This document shows positions 28,162 through 40,543 of a stretch of DNA of 64,000 nucleotides, one piece after another. Positions within the stretch are counted from its first letter, which is position 1. Each line of letters starts with the position of its first letter. Position numbers and translations under genes: made by a program. A model generated the notes under the pieces. The model was not told the origin of the DNA. It saw only the letters and a program-made list of their open reading frames with translations, and ran no database searches. The stretch is from Anthoceros angustus (taxonomy: Eukaryota; Plantae; Anthocerotophyta), in NCBI GenBank assembly GCA_010909165.1, contig VJWM01000202.1:62001-126000 (forward strand), read 5' to 3'.

Positions 28162-28349
28162 CAGAGCATAAGGCATGCTTTGAGCACTCTAATTTTTTCA
28201 TAGTTACTTCGTAGACTCCGCGTCTTCAGGCAATAAAGACTAAGAGCGCATCTCCTACTAAAAGGATGAGGTCACCAATATACACTCAAAGAGACGGACC
28301 AACCACCCCACCCAAGATCCAACTACGAGCTTTTTAATTGCAACAAGTT
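28162..28349 (-). pseudogene. Degenerate 18S rRNA fragment (V4 region)
   Basis: Plus strand tgctttgagcactctaattttttca...cccaagatccaactacgagctttttaattgcaacaa is the reverse complement of the conserved 18S segments flanking V4. Confidence 0.85.
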
Positions 28350-28475
28350 GGAAAATACCAAAGTCCCATGGACTTCCAAGTGGATTATGATAGGCTTTTT
28401 CATTCTTCGTCAGCACATGAATGCATTATAAATTGGAGTTAAATTATCTCAAGTTAAATTCGTATAATAATTTTT

Positions 28476-28564
28476 GTGGTTGTGTCTAGATGGTGAGGAT
28501 AGTAAAAGGATAAAGATACTCGGCTCTCACCCGAATGATTGAAATTCAAGTTCCGGCAACGGAA
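28476..28564 (+). pseudogene. tRNA-Glu(CTC) pseudogene
   Basis: gttgtgtctagatggtgaggata[insert]ctcggctctcacccga...ttcaagttccggcaacggaa follows plant tRNA-Glu; ~17-nt insertion, broken acceptor and T stems. Confidence 0.75.
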
Positions 28565-28739
28565 TCAGAGTTAAAGATGACATGGTCCATGTTCTTACCT
28601 TTCATAAAAGACAAAGTTACCTTACTACCTAGATAGAATGATCCAATGAATTAATATTCAATTTTAGTTCAATGTTAATTTAAGATAAATGATATAATTT
28701 AATTTATTTATTTTACCTACACATACAACTTCTACTGAT

Positions 28740-29200
28740 CTATTCTACATGAGTTTTTGTTTTTCATTTGTGATATTATTTTCCACTCCTTGACTATGTG
28801 TTTTCTCCCCTCTTGATCCTGTAAGATAACATCTAGCTTTGAGAGAGTTTTTTTGTCTTGTGATATTTTTTTCCTAAGATAACATCTAGCTTTGAGAGAG
28901 TTTTTTTTGTTTTGTGATATTTTTTTCCGAGTCCTTGACTGGCTCTCTTCCCTCTAGATTCTATTAAGGTAGCATCTAGTTTGGGTTAGATCGGATAGAG
29001 TTCCAAGTGATGTAACTCTTTAGATCACAATTAGGATAGGTTGCACTCTTCTTTCTTTTGTGAAATTCTTTATTCAATCCTTGACTATGTTCTTTCCCCT
29101 CTTGATCCTATTAGAGAACATTTGGCATTAGGTTGGATCATTGCTAGGATAGGGTGCAACCCCAACTCTTGTAAGGTTCTTTGTTCTTTGTGATACAAGC
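28740..29200. repeat. Degenerate AT-rich direct repeats
   Basis: Recurrent tgtgatattttttt..ccttgact..cccctcttgatcct and taagataacatctagctttgagagag units. Confidence 0.6.
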
Positions 29201-29996
29201 TCCTTGTTATAAGATATATCTAGAAATGTTTTTTGTGTAAAAGATGTAAAATACTTAACGAAGTGTTCTATGTGTGAGTGTGAAGTTTCTACTACAATAA
29301 TAGTCTTGCCAAAGGATGCTTACTTACAATGGGGGAAATCTCGGCCTCTTCTTGTCAAAGAGGAAACATGGCCCAGAGTGATAATGAGAACAATCCAACG
29401 ATCTTCTTTAATGATAACACGCATCTAGGGATCTTCATGGGAATTATGGATTCTATTTGGACACTAAACAAGATAAAAGAGGTGAATCTATAAGGAGTTG
29501 TGTGCACCAAGGCCCTCAGGACTTGCTTGCTCACCATTGAGTGAGGAGCATGATCTCGTAGGTTTCCTGTCAGGAACATGATAGCTATGGTATACTACCA
29601 AAGGAATAAGGTTTTTTCATGTAGATTTTTCATTAGAATACAATTGTTGTTGTTGTATAATAGAGATTCTTATGATACTCAAATCTCACTCTTTCAAATC
29701 CTGGCAATGGAATGATTACCACACAAACATGGCATGTGACATTTCGACTTTTAGTCTACTATAAAATAAGATTGAATCGCCTAATTACGCAATGCATACA
29801 AATCTAGTTTAAAACCTCTCTTTAAGACATGGAATTTAATAATGGATAAAGTTGAAACAACTTTCATATTTTCTTCCAGTATAAGAATAGACAAAAATAC
29901 CTAAGAAACTAAGTTAATAGATTAGATAAAGGGATGTTATAACCAAATTAATTATAATTATTTATATAAGATATATTTTTAATTCTAAAATATTTG

Positions 29997-31905
29997 TTTG
30001 AAGCGGCTGAATATACATCAAGCGGCTTTTGACGTGAATATACGAACGGGTTTTGATGGGCATTGAAATGCCATATTTAAGCATACCCTGCAGAAGAAGG
30101 CACACAATTAGGGTGTCGTAGAGAAGTTTATATCTTTCAGCGGCCCACAATGGTAGACAAAAGGTTTCCTTCTATAGGACGACCATTGTTTTCGATGGAA
30201 ATGATGCCCATGTTGTTAATCCATGCGGTTCGTTAAACAACAATAAATGAACATGGACCCTAAACATACCATAAGTGACACACTTGGCGCCGGCATGCCG
30301 GCGCCCAAGTCATGCCCAATACGCCTTGGCGCCGGCATGCCGGCGCCCAAGATTCATGGTCTTTGGCAATGAATGGACGTCGGACAGACACCCTCCTTCT
30401 TCTAAGAAACTACTGAACTGTAATGGCTTCTCCAGATCGCTCAACGCCGGATGGACACCTAAGCAAGTGGCTAAGAAACCACCAAGGCGTGATGGCTTCC
30501 GAGGCTATAAAAACAAGGAGCATGGAGGAGCATAGGGCATGAAGAAGAAGAAGAAGAAAGATGAGGGTAGGAGGGCGCCGGCATGCCGGCGTCTTCATTC
30601 AACATATACTTTATGTTTTGAGATATTCACTATGGGAAAGTTAATGAAGCGGTAAGAATAGAGATTAAAATGGAGAGGTCTTGGGTTCAAGGTTCGTTTT
30701 AGAGCGGCATGCCGCCCTTTAAAGATAAATTTTTCCTAGTGTGTAGGGAATATGGATCCCTTTAAAGATAAATTTTTCCTAGTGTGTAGGGAATATGGAT
30801 TGAAATGAGAGAGATTATAATATGACGTTACTAGTTCAAGTCATGCTTTTTTTATTTTGGCCAGCATAGTTTGCGTTGTCTATTTTGGCCAGCATAGTTT
30901 GTGTTGTAAAAGTGATAGATAATTCGTTCGGTTTGAAATCTCCTTATTCTTGTAATTCCTAATCTTGGACTCAAAATCATGGAAATTATTTTCAAATTTC
31001 AACGGTTTCTAAGCACGCTGTTTGAAATTACCCATGCCCTAATATTCATGATTGCAAATTGCACTGGAATCGGAACGGTGAAGAGAGACATGACACGGCC
31101 AAGTTTCTTCCCTCTTCTCGAGCTCACTGCAGGCCATGACTATCTTTCTACGGAGGTCATAGCAATTGAACACGTATTTTGTGTGTTAGACACCATCTTT
31201 GTGAGCGACCAAGGCTGCATCGTCATCGGAAGTGTCAAAGGTAGTGTGTTCTTTCTCATTCTCTTGCGCGAGCAAGCGACACATGGCCTAATGAATGTAA
31301 GTCATAATGTGCATGGGTGCACGACATGTGGTTGTAAGCCCTAGTGTTAATGCGACGCATGCACATCGGCGCTCACAGAAAACTTATCTAAGGACGCCGG
31401 CATGCCGGCGCCCTATGGAGGGAGCATAAGAGCATAGGGTGCTAGCATATTGGTGCCTTCATTAGTATAACCCTAACCCTAGGGTTAGAGTTTAGGGTCT
31501 CGACTTGTTTTGTTTCAGCGTGCGGGTTAGGGCGCACTTCTGTGGGTCGAGGGTTACATACTGTTATGTTGAAGTTTGTGTTGTGCAAAGGGCGCCGGCA
31601 TGCCGGCGCCCTCCGACTTCTGAATCCTTTCATGAGTAACGCCTTCAGGGCCGATTTTTGATCTGTCCATGACACCCTATTGTAAACATGTCGGAGGGGC
31701 TTAGTATGGGCACTGGTAAGCCGGCGCCAACCACCATACCTAGACAGTATTGCTCTTACAAATGGATTGAAATTGTAATCCGAAGGAATACCACCTACCC
31801 CAAATAATCAAAAAATGCTTAAATATGCAATATAGTTACTGTCAAGATTTGCGCAAGAGGGTTTTTGATTTCCGGAAGTGGGTTCGTATATTCAGCCGCT
31901 TCAAA
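29997..31905. mobile_element. Non-autonomous TIR DNA element (~1.9 kb) with internal GC palindromes
   Basis: Perfect 20-bp inverted repeat tttgaagcggctgaatatac (29997-30016) / gtatattcagccgcttcaaa (31886-31905); interior more GC-rich than the AT-rich flanks. Confidence 0.75.
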
Positions 31906-32259
31906 TATTATGGTGTTTCTATCTTGTAAGGTATAGAGTTCATATAGCTATAATAAAATATATTACATATGAAGATATATTATATATTAATAAAGATTAC
32001 CTATGAATCATAAAATCAAAACTATCGACCCTGGTTTTGAATACTCAATGTTTTTGTAATTTAAAGATATTATTATATCAAATTATTTTAAGGTATTCTT
32101 AAATCATGGGTTAAATTATTCCAAATGGAAAACCTTTAGAGCAAAGCCCAAAAGGAAGACCTTTTAAACAATGTGAACAAAGCCCATATAAAAAGAGAGC
32201 GGTGTGAGCAAAGTGCAGCGTGGAAAGGAAACCTTATCTTTTCAGCGTAGACGCTGAAA

Positions 32260-32440
32260 AAATAAGGTTTCCTTACACTGCTGGTATGTTTGTACCTAAA
32301 TCACTGCGTTCCTGTTGTACTACATGCTGCGAAATTGTGCGAGTCCTTCAGACCCTCAAGTTTTGATAGAACATCTCGAGGTCGATGTTAAGGGGGTGGC
32401 CTCCACGGTTATAACTCCCATCATCCTCCCTTTCCTCACG
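32260..32440 (-). pseudogene. Orphan last-exon end and 3' UTR of a cupin paralog (probably copy C)
   Basis: Aligns with 23945-24122 (gaggtcgatgttaa..ccacggttataactcccatcatcctc); stop at 32348-32350. Confidence 0.85.
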
Positions 32441-33019
32441 CAGAATCCCAAATCACATGGAACAGGATTGTCGTAAGAAGAAGAATGGGGAACCTCGGAA
32501 GGAGGCCCCACCTGGAGAAGGAGGAGGCATAGAGTTAAGAAGGGAGGTAGTCCTGCAAGACAACAAGAACAAATTAGGAGTCCAACACATAGAAGCAATA
32601 GAAGACAACAAGCCATAGAGGGAGAGAGAGAAGAAACCTCCTCTTGTATAGCAAACTTCATTGCATCTATCTTAATTTCTAAACCAGATCAAGGGAAGTT
32701 TATCAAGCTAGCTAGACGTGATTTGCTAGAAGTTTTTAGCATAATTCACGTCAAGGCATTAGAATTAGCTCTCCAACATATCCCAAACTTGAATGTTGGT
32801 ATTAGTACTCCTTTATCTTCTAGTGTGCAAGACAAAAATAACATAGAAACTCTTAGATTTCAAGAAATTGATCATCAATTAGCAACTCTTAGAATCCAAT
32901 CTTTTGATCTTAAGGGAGAATTATCTGAATTAAGGACAAAATTGTCTATTCTCTCTAAGGTTGAGCATGCTATCATCATCCGAATCATATTATGATATAA
33001 GAGAAGAGTTTCGATGCAA

Positions 33020-33960
33020 GAAGAAGATGAGGTCAGATCGCGAGGCCTAGTCCTCTAAATCACCTACAATGGCTGGAGTGATCAATGATGAAGAACTCCT
33101 AATTCCCATTGGGTAATGATAATGCTAACACTTCATTGCATTATCATTATGGTGATGCTTCAAAGAGAAGATGAGGTCAGACAGGCCTAGTCCTCTAAAT
33201 CACCTACAATGGCTGGAGTGATCAATGATGAAGAACTCCTAATTCCCATTGGGTAATGATAATGCTAACACTTCATTGCATTATCATTATGGTGACTTCA
33301 AAGAGAAAGATGAGATTCAATGGAAGGGATTATGACATCCGGTCATTGAGAATGCGAGGAGCTTTGCAAGAGACCTTTGGGGCATCGCCGATGGATCAAT
33401 TCCAAGGCCACACGCCCGATTTGAACGTGAACTTCAACCTTCCGGGACGCTGTGGACTAGAAGGCACAAGATTTATTGGTCGCTGGACTTTCTCAACATA
33501 TGGTGAGACATGTCGCACACGCAAAGACCTCCAAGGATATGTGGACTCACCTTGCTCAATTATATTCATCTCGAGATGTAATGAGTATTGTTGCGCTTCA
33601 CGTAACTTCCGCAACCTCTCAATGAAGGAGTCCGACACCATCGAACATCATGTTAATGCATTTCGATTGGCACGATCCCATTTGGAATCTTCAGCGCATC
33701 TATCTCGTAGATGGAGGCTTACGCCATTCTCTTATCTTCATTGCCACCTTCTTATAGGGCTTTCATTACAACTCAAAATGCGTGATTCGCAATGTCGAAA
33801 AGCCGCAGATGAAGATCCAAATGAAGAGCCGACATCGTTGTTTCGAACTTATTGGAGCATTGCTACGTGAGGAGGCAAGGACGCCATCATCACTCCAGAG
33901 CCAACAAGCAGTGATGTATTCACAAAGGGTAGAGGAAGAGGACGAGGCGAGGCCGAGATT
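33020..33960 (+). mobile_element. Decayed Ty1/copia gag remnant with a ~135-bp local duplication
   Basis: RFNGRDYDI..RMRG, SRNFRNLSMKESDTIEHHVNAFRLARSHL resemble the gag at 62595; 33022-33155 repeated at 33166-33296. Confidence 0.65.
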
Positions 33961-34483
33961 CGCTTAACGACCCCCATAATGTCTGCTTTGAAAGGGTTTC
34001 TCTGTCAAGGGTTTTGGAAAAATCCCAACCCTATTTTGCCGAAAACCGAAGCTGGGTTGGTTTTTGTTGAGTTTTGTAGGTGTTGATCCATCGGTTTCAG
34101 GCATTCTTGGCTCCGGCACCACTTCCTGTCCGGTCATATACACCGCGGTGGCGCCTTGCTCTGGATTCGTACTAATTCGTGTGATGAAGGGCCTGACCAA
34201 TTCTTCCATAATTTCGCATGTCGTAGTTTCGCAATTTGTGTGGTTCTGTATGGTTTTGTATACCAGGGGGGGCTAGGCGCGCGTAAGTCCGTGCTTAAAC
34301 AAGGGTATGCGCAAACTTGTGCGCGACAAGGCAAAACGAAAAGTAAAACATATCATTCGACTGAGGAAATATGTCTTTTTGGAGGTCTGCGAATGTGGCG
34401 GAAGCCCCGACGACATAAGAAGTTGCACAAATCGGCCTACGTCCACATGGACACACCTCATCTATCTATCCTATGCCCTAAAG

Positions 34484-37400
34484 CTACGAAGAACACCCTA
34501 TCACCTTTCTATCCTCTACGGTGTTTCCGTCTCCTTCGACGGTGACCTTGTGCCGGATCATCATCAAACATGACCTCAAAAGCACCAGAGTCATTCCCGG
34601 TTCCGCTGCTCGCCATGGTTCTTGTTGCGATTGGTGCCGAATCGAAGTCGGATGTCTATCATCATCACCGCTTGTCACTACGCACTTGTTTTCGGGATTT
34701 TCATCCGAACCAACATCTTCCTCCATTGCGACTCTCTCTGGAACTGGGTGGTCTGCCCTGATATCTTCAACCCTATTAATTTCTTGCACAGCTGGTAGAT
34801 GTTGAAGTTCGAACACCTTTGTCTTGATGAGCTCCTGTGTACGGACTTGTAGAGTGCTATCCCTTGCAAAGGAGAACCCGTGTGCCAAAATAAATGTCTC
34901 TGATATCAACAGTCGATCCAGATGCTTTGGTCGCTTCCTCCGTTGTCGCAAACCCTCTCTTTCACTGTTGTGTGGAGAAAATATCTCCTCTGGTAGGTAC
35001 CTTCCCTCAAACGCATTGCTATTCTCAGTCACCCACCACTGGACAACTAGGTAAGGTTCGTCACATAAGAAATCCAAGTCTTCGACTTTTGCAATCCAAA
35101 AGGCCTGCTCCTGCCTCACATGGGATCGCAATCATATGGCCTCGTCGATCTCGGACACATCCCCATCGAATCTCGCCAACTCGATGGCCGCACCCGGTGG
35201 CCTAAAATTCCCGAGATACATGTGACGATGTTCCGTGGTCGAAACCGGAGCCGGAATCACAAAGACATCCGAACGCCGACGGATTTAAGTTCCGCCACCG
35301 CCCCTCTTGTACCACTCCCATGCTTTTGAAGATCTCGATGGACTCCTCCGATTTTGTCGCAAATATCGATCGTGATGCCAAAACGAGTTCCACCATACTT
35401 TGTCTTCCGAGATAGATATTTTTGCATCGGTTCTTCGAGGGCTTTCCTAATGGCTCAATGATTTATGCGTCTCGCCGGTTTGCCATGCACTTGAAGTGGA
35501 CATAAAGACGCTCCCTTTATCTCTGTTTCAGGTATTCTCCGAAGGAACTCCAAACCCTCCAACGGTTCCCAATGTGAGCTAGTGGAAAGTGCCTTGCCAC
35601 GCAGAAGTGTTACAGTTGCTCCGCCAGCTCTTTCTTCCCTTGAAATTTTGAATTGATGTTGATAACTATGATTGTGCAAATTTCTCACCGCTGCATCTCG
35701 TGTTCCTCTTTTACCCATCCCATTGGGCCAGACAAATGCCCTGAAATCGGCTACCCCGGAAACCATTTTGACTTCCGGATTGGGTGTATAAGCCTGATGA
35801 ATCAAACTCATAAGGGTTTCGAGTGACATTGCTTTTTGTGCCCGAGACTTTTAGAAAAGCATGAGAACATTTGATCAATCGCATCATGCGTGTGCCCGAC
35901 AAGAAGAAGCCCACCTTCACCTTATCAAGACCCGCTTCGACAAGCATACTTAAGTATGCAAACAACAACATATTCTTGTTTTCTCCGCCGTGTTGTCCAG
36001 CAAGTAAAACGCCTTCGCGTAACCATCTCATATGTGAGAATAACATCCCGGATGATATGAATAGTTAAGTTGGCTGCTTCAATATTCGGAAGTTCACAAA
36101 CACCGGTCTTCATAATGTTGTTGTATACCAAACAACCCACAACATGGACCCGAATGAGACCATCCGCAAAATCCTTTGGCAGGAAAATGTGGAGCTCCGC
36201 CTTGCTTTGGTCCATCCTGTCTATCGCCATTCCAATGTATTTGCTCGGTTGGCCTTTACACTTCAAACGGTGTTTTGCAAGTTTTAGTCGCTCCTGCTTG
36301 ATCGCCGATCGATGTTCACGAGGTGCTGCTCATGGACCTCTGTCACAGAAAAAATTGATCAGATGGAAAGATTTTTGACCTTGGTCCGCGCGCCGCATGG
36401 CTCCATCTCGAGGCGCGACAAGCGCGCAAGACTTCCGGGCGCCGCAGTGCCCGCACGCTGGTCCCGCTGAATGGCAGCCCACCACGTAAAAGTGCGCGCA
36501 CCGCCGTGCGCGCAGCCTGTTTCTCGCCGGCAGCTAGGCCCGGGTCATTGAGTGCTCATGATTCCATGGAAGTCAAAGAAACTCGGATATGAAATACCTT
36601 GTTCTTGTTGCTGGTCATCTCGATGGTCGCCTTCAACGCTTCGCATTGGACGATTTTGAAAAACGGCTACATTTTGGTATCTTCACTTTTGGAAAATGTT
36701 TCTTCCATAAGGCATGTATGAGAATGAGAGACGTTAGTCAAACCACTCTTGAAACCTCCCGCTTGTAGTCCCGGAATATCTCCTTTGGTATATGAATCGC
36801 AAGTTGAAAATTGAAACATTGGGCATTCGCTCACCGTTAGCTTGAAAAACTTTTCCATCCAAGCAATGCATTCCGTAACATGATCTTCGCCATGCCCTTG
36901 GAACTTCAATTCGATGACCATGGTGTGTTCGTTAGTACTGCTTCAAATGTTCATACCTCGCCATCCAATGCGTAACACTTTTCAAACTTCAACACAACAT
37001 TGCAACTGCCTCCTGTGAGAAAATTGAGAACATTGCACAAGATAGGTTGCTTGTTCTACCTCGAGCAATCCTTGCAAATATATTTCGTTGTTCTCGAGGC
37101 AATCCCAAGAAGCGATATCGGGCTCTCTATATTCTTCTTTCCCAATTGCAAAGAAACAACCGCTGTTACAACAATGTGAAGACCATGCTCAGATTTCCTC
37201 ATTGCGCATACTTCATGGTCCTCTTCATTCTCCGGATAATGTCTACGCTTCACCGCAGGTTCAATCGACGTTGTGTGATGCGTGGCTCGCCCGGATGCGC
37301 TGGTGTTCTCGTGCCCGCATCCTCCTTCCCCGCAAAATATCCCATCATTCCCGACCTCCTCCATGGAGCGATGAAGAAACATTTTCATCCGTGTTCCATC

Positions 37401-37700
37401 TTCAGCCTCGTTCCTAATCTCTCGAATCGGCGTGGTATCCAGAATGCGTGGCCTGCCTCCTATCCCTTCTCCAAGTGGAGTTGTGTCGATGACTGAGACC
37501 TTCTGATGCCTTCCATGCTCGGAGTGGTGTCCATGATTGTCACCTTCTCACCTTCCGGACGACGCAATACGGCGGCATCACTGCACAACATCCATGCGTG
37601 ATACATTGTCAGACCGCCCATCGCCGCCGCTATGCCTTCCATTCGCCCCGCTTGCGCACGCACGAGTAGGATGGAGAAGCGCATTTTACCACTCTTCAAA
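34484..37700 (-). mobile_element. Frameshifted Sola-like DDD transposase
   Basis: Across frames: IAWMEKFF, ERLKLAKHR..YIGMAIDRMDQSK, LDN..GENKN.LLFAYLSMLVE, LVGHTHDAIDQMFS, HSYQHQFKI, C-terminal FWIAKV..VQWW; 5' limit uncertain. Confidence 0.7.
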
Positions 37701-38019
37701 CGAGCAAATCATACAACTCGAGAGGAAGAAGCGCACTATGGAGTTTGTCCATCCGGTTTGAACGTTAAAATATGCATACTTGATTATGGTTATGGTGTTT
37801 AACCTGCTATAGTAGCCAATGTTAATTACCAAACGCTCGCTTGAAATAAGGCTATCATGGAAACCGAAACCTAACCTTCAACCCGCAGTTAGTTAACCCA
37901 CGGTTAGGCAAGCTAGGGGTTTTTTTTGCGGCGCACTTAAGATTGTGCCCTGTGAACCTTCGTTTTGGGTTCTCTATTTGGATAAACTTGTGCTTGCGTG
38001 TGAGATTGCGTTTGAGATT

Positions 38020-38480
38020 TCCTTGGGCCCAAGTGACACAGGCAAGAGCGCGCGCGTTGCTGGTGTGCGACTTGCATGTTCCATTGGGAGCGCTATTGGA
38101 CAGAAGGCATCCGCGATTTGGACAGAAGGCATCCGCGATTTGGACAGGAGTGCACGATAGTGAATCGGCGGCTGAGTGCGCCCAAGTGACAGAGGGTAAG
38201 AGACCGCTGCGTGGCGATTTGGCAGGCATGCGCGGAGGCGCGCGCACAAGGCATCCGCTTTGGAGGGAGTGCACGATGTGGATCGGCGGCTGAGTGCGCC
38301 CAAGTGCTCGAGGCGAGACCTGCGTGTGCGACTGCATGCGGTGGATGGGCTTAAACAAGGCATCCGCTTTGAACATGAGTTGTCGGAATCGGGCGGTTGA
38401 GTGCGCCCAAGTGACAGAGGGTAAGAGAACGTTGTTGGTGGGCGACCGCATGTGCGCTTGAGCATGCACAAGCCATCCGC
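38020..38480. repeat. GC-rich degenerate direct repeats between the divergent TE genes
   Basis: gcccaagtg at ~38027, 38179, 38298, 38405; ttggacagaaggcatccgcga twice in tandem at ~38096-38140. Confidence 0.7.
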
Positions 38481-40543
38481 AATTTGGGCAGGAGGGAAGA
38501 GAACCGGGCGGGAGTGAAGTCTTCGCGACCATGTGTGTGCGCACCCAAAAACGTGTGTGTGGCAAAAGGGTTCGATGTCCGTTGTCGGTGCCTGTGCGCG
38601 ACAGTGCACCAGCTGCTTGTGGCATGCACCCCCTGTGCTTCCTTGTTGCGGGTAGCCACGGTGCTTGCTTGTGGTGCATCAACTCTCTATTTGCTTGTGG
38701 TGGGCAGCCGCGGTCTTTGCTTGTGGTGGGCACCCTCGGTGCTTGGATGTGGAAGACACCCGCGGCAGCTGAGTTTCGCGTTTGTGGCAGGCAAGAGTTG
38801 TGGGCTTGTCACGAAGATCCTTCTATAAAGGGAACCCAAAATAGCAAGTTTGTGGCTCTATAATTTGGCCTGTTTCATGAAACCAAGACAGCTTCAACAT
38901 TCCCTTCTTTCCTGCTTGGTCCGTATTTGCCTCCGTTTTCCTCTAATGCTTGACGTGTGCATCTGCGGTTGACAGACATGTCCATCCCACAGCGGCAAGT
39001 GCGTGCAAAACACGCCAACTTCGTAGAACCTCAACCTCAGTCGAAACCTCCAAAACGCAAAAGGACAGACGTCAATGTCGAAGCACGAGCTTCCGGGAAA
39101 CGGAGAAGTGCAGGAGGAGGAGGTGCGGGTGGTTGTCATAACCCACCAACATCCAGACCATCAGCTGCTGTAAAGTCGACTCTGCTCCCACAAGGAGCAT
39201 CTGATGGGAAGAGTGGCCCTTCCCAAGGGACATCACAGCGGAGGCCAAGGCTGGGGAGCATCGTAGCCGGATGATGCATCAACATTTTTCGATGATATCG
39301 GGATTGTGCCAGGGACAACATTGGAGAATCCTTTCTCCACGGCTGAGAAAAATGTGTTGACTGAAATTTGCACAGATCTATCAGAACAGGGGCTACTGGA
39401 CAAGGAATGGTGCATCCATGAAGAAGGAAATGACTCTACCCAGGAGAATTTTGATCCCATTCCAGCGCTCTGGGTGAACGGGTATATGGATGCGTTGAGG
39501 ACACAGAAGATTGTGGTTGGGTACATTCTATGGGCTTGGAAGTATGAAGTCCGGTCGCAATGCAGAATGAAGCTCTTGATATGCACAATGAGGGAGAAGT
39601 TCTTTTTGAGGAATTCTAATTACTGTCATCGTCTGCCGGTCTTGAGTGCGGAAAAGCTGATTCCAAGGCGATGCAATACTCAAGACCTGCGAAGTGGACT
39701 GGACGCAGCTATGACAAGCGACAAGGTATGTGGACGAAGATGATCTGAGTTTCCCCACTTTTTTTCCTGATTGCACCATGTCCATAAAGTGTGTATCTGG
39801 TTAATGGAGGCGTGCTTGTCTTTGTAATGCAGACATTCGGGACCATGCTGGCGTTTCTCCAAAAAGAAATAGTTCTGGGGTTGATGATGACCAAGATGGC
39901 CGAACAAGCTTGTGAAAGCGATCCTCCGAGATAGCGATGGAGAGGCTAGGAAAAGCAGAACCACGACCAAAGCACCGCCATCACCGCTCAATATGGGAAA
40001 TTGGACGATTCAATGGAACAAGAAATGAGAGGTACTTGCGGCGGTATAGATATTCGGATGACGATAGTGGAGAATATGAAGACCATGAAACCGTCAATGA
40101 AGATGTTGAGGACGAGATGCATCGACAACAAAGTTGAAGCCCCGACACAACAGAGAGGATATACATAGCGAGGCTCAAACGTCTAATGTCCCAAGAATCG
40201 CCATGCATTGGACGATGCCCAGCTTCTACAAAGTTTGGACAAGAGGGTCAAAGAATCGTGAAGGAGCGAGCCTGTACAACCAACCTCAAGGAGGTAGACG
40301 CGATGTTCCAGCCACCGCAAGGACGAAAGGTAAACCAAAAGGTGAAAAGAGGAAGAGGAATGACATTGAAGACACAGCGACGGGTCATTATCACCAAAGT
40401 CTAACGGACAACGAGTAGAGTGGAGCGAGCAACAAAGATAAGGACCCGCTACATCAAATTCGAGAGTCAGACAAAAAGAGGTGCATTCCGACACAGAGAT
40501 ATGGTTGCCATCACCAAGTTGAGAAGCGCAGACTACATTACTC

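Noticed and set aside
28476-28564. Functional tRNA-Glu
   Set aside because: Insertion after the D-loop and disrupted acceptor and T stems; listed as a pseudogene instead
31468-31498. Inverted telomere-like repeats (taaccctaaccctagggttagagtttagggt)
   Set aside because: Too short and inside a TE; common telo-box-like sequence, not a chromosome fusion site
37855-38863. 200-290 aa ORFs in the TE spacer
   Set aside because: Arise from GC-rich repeats; no recognisable domain
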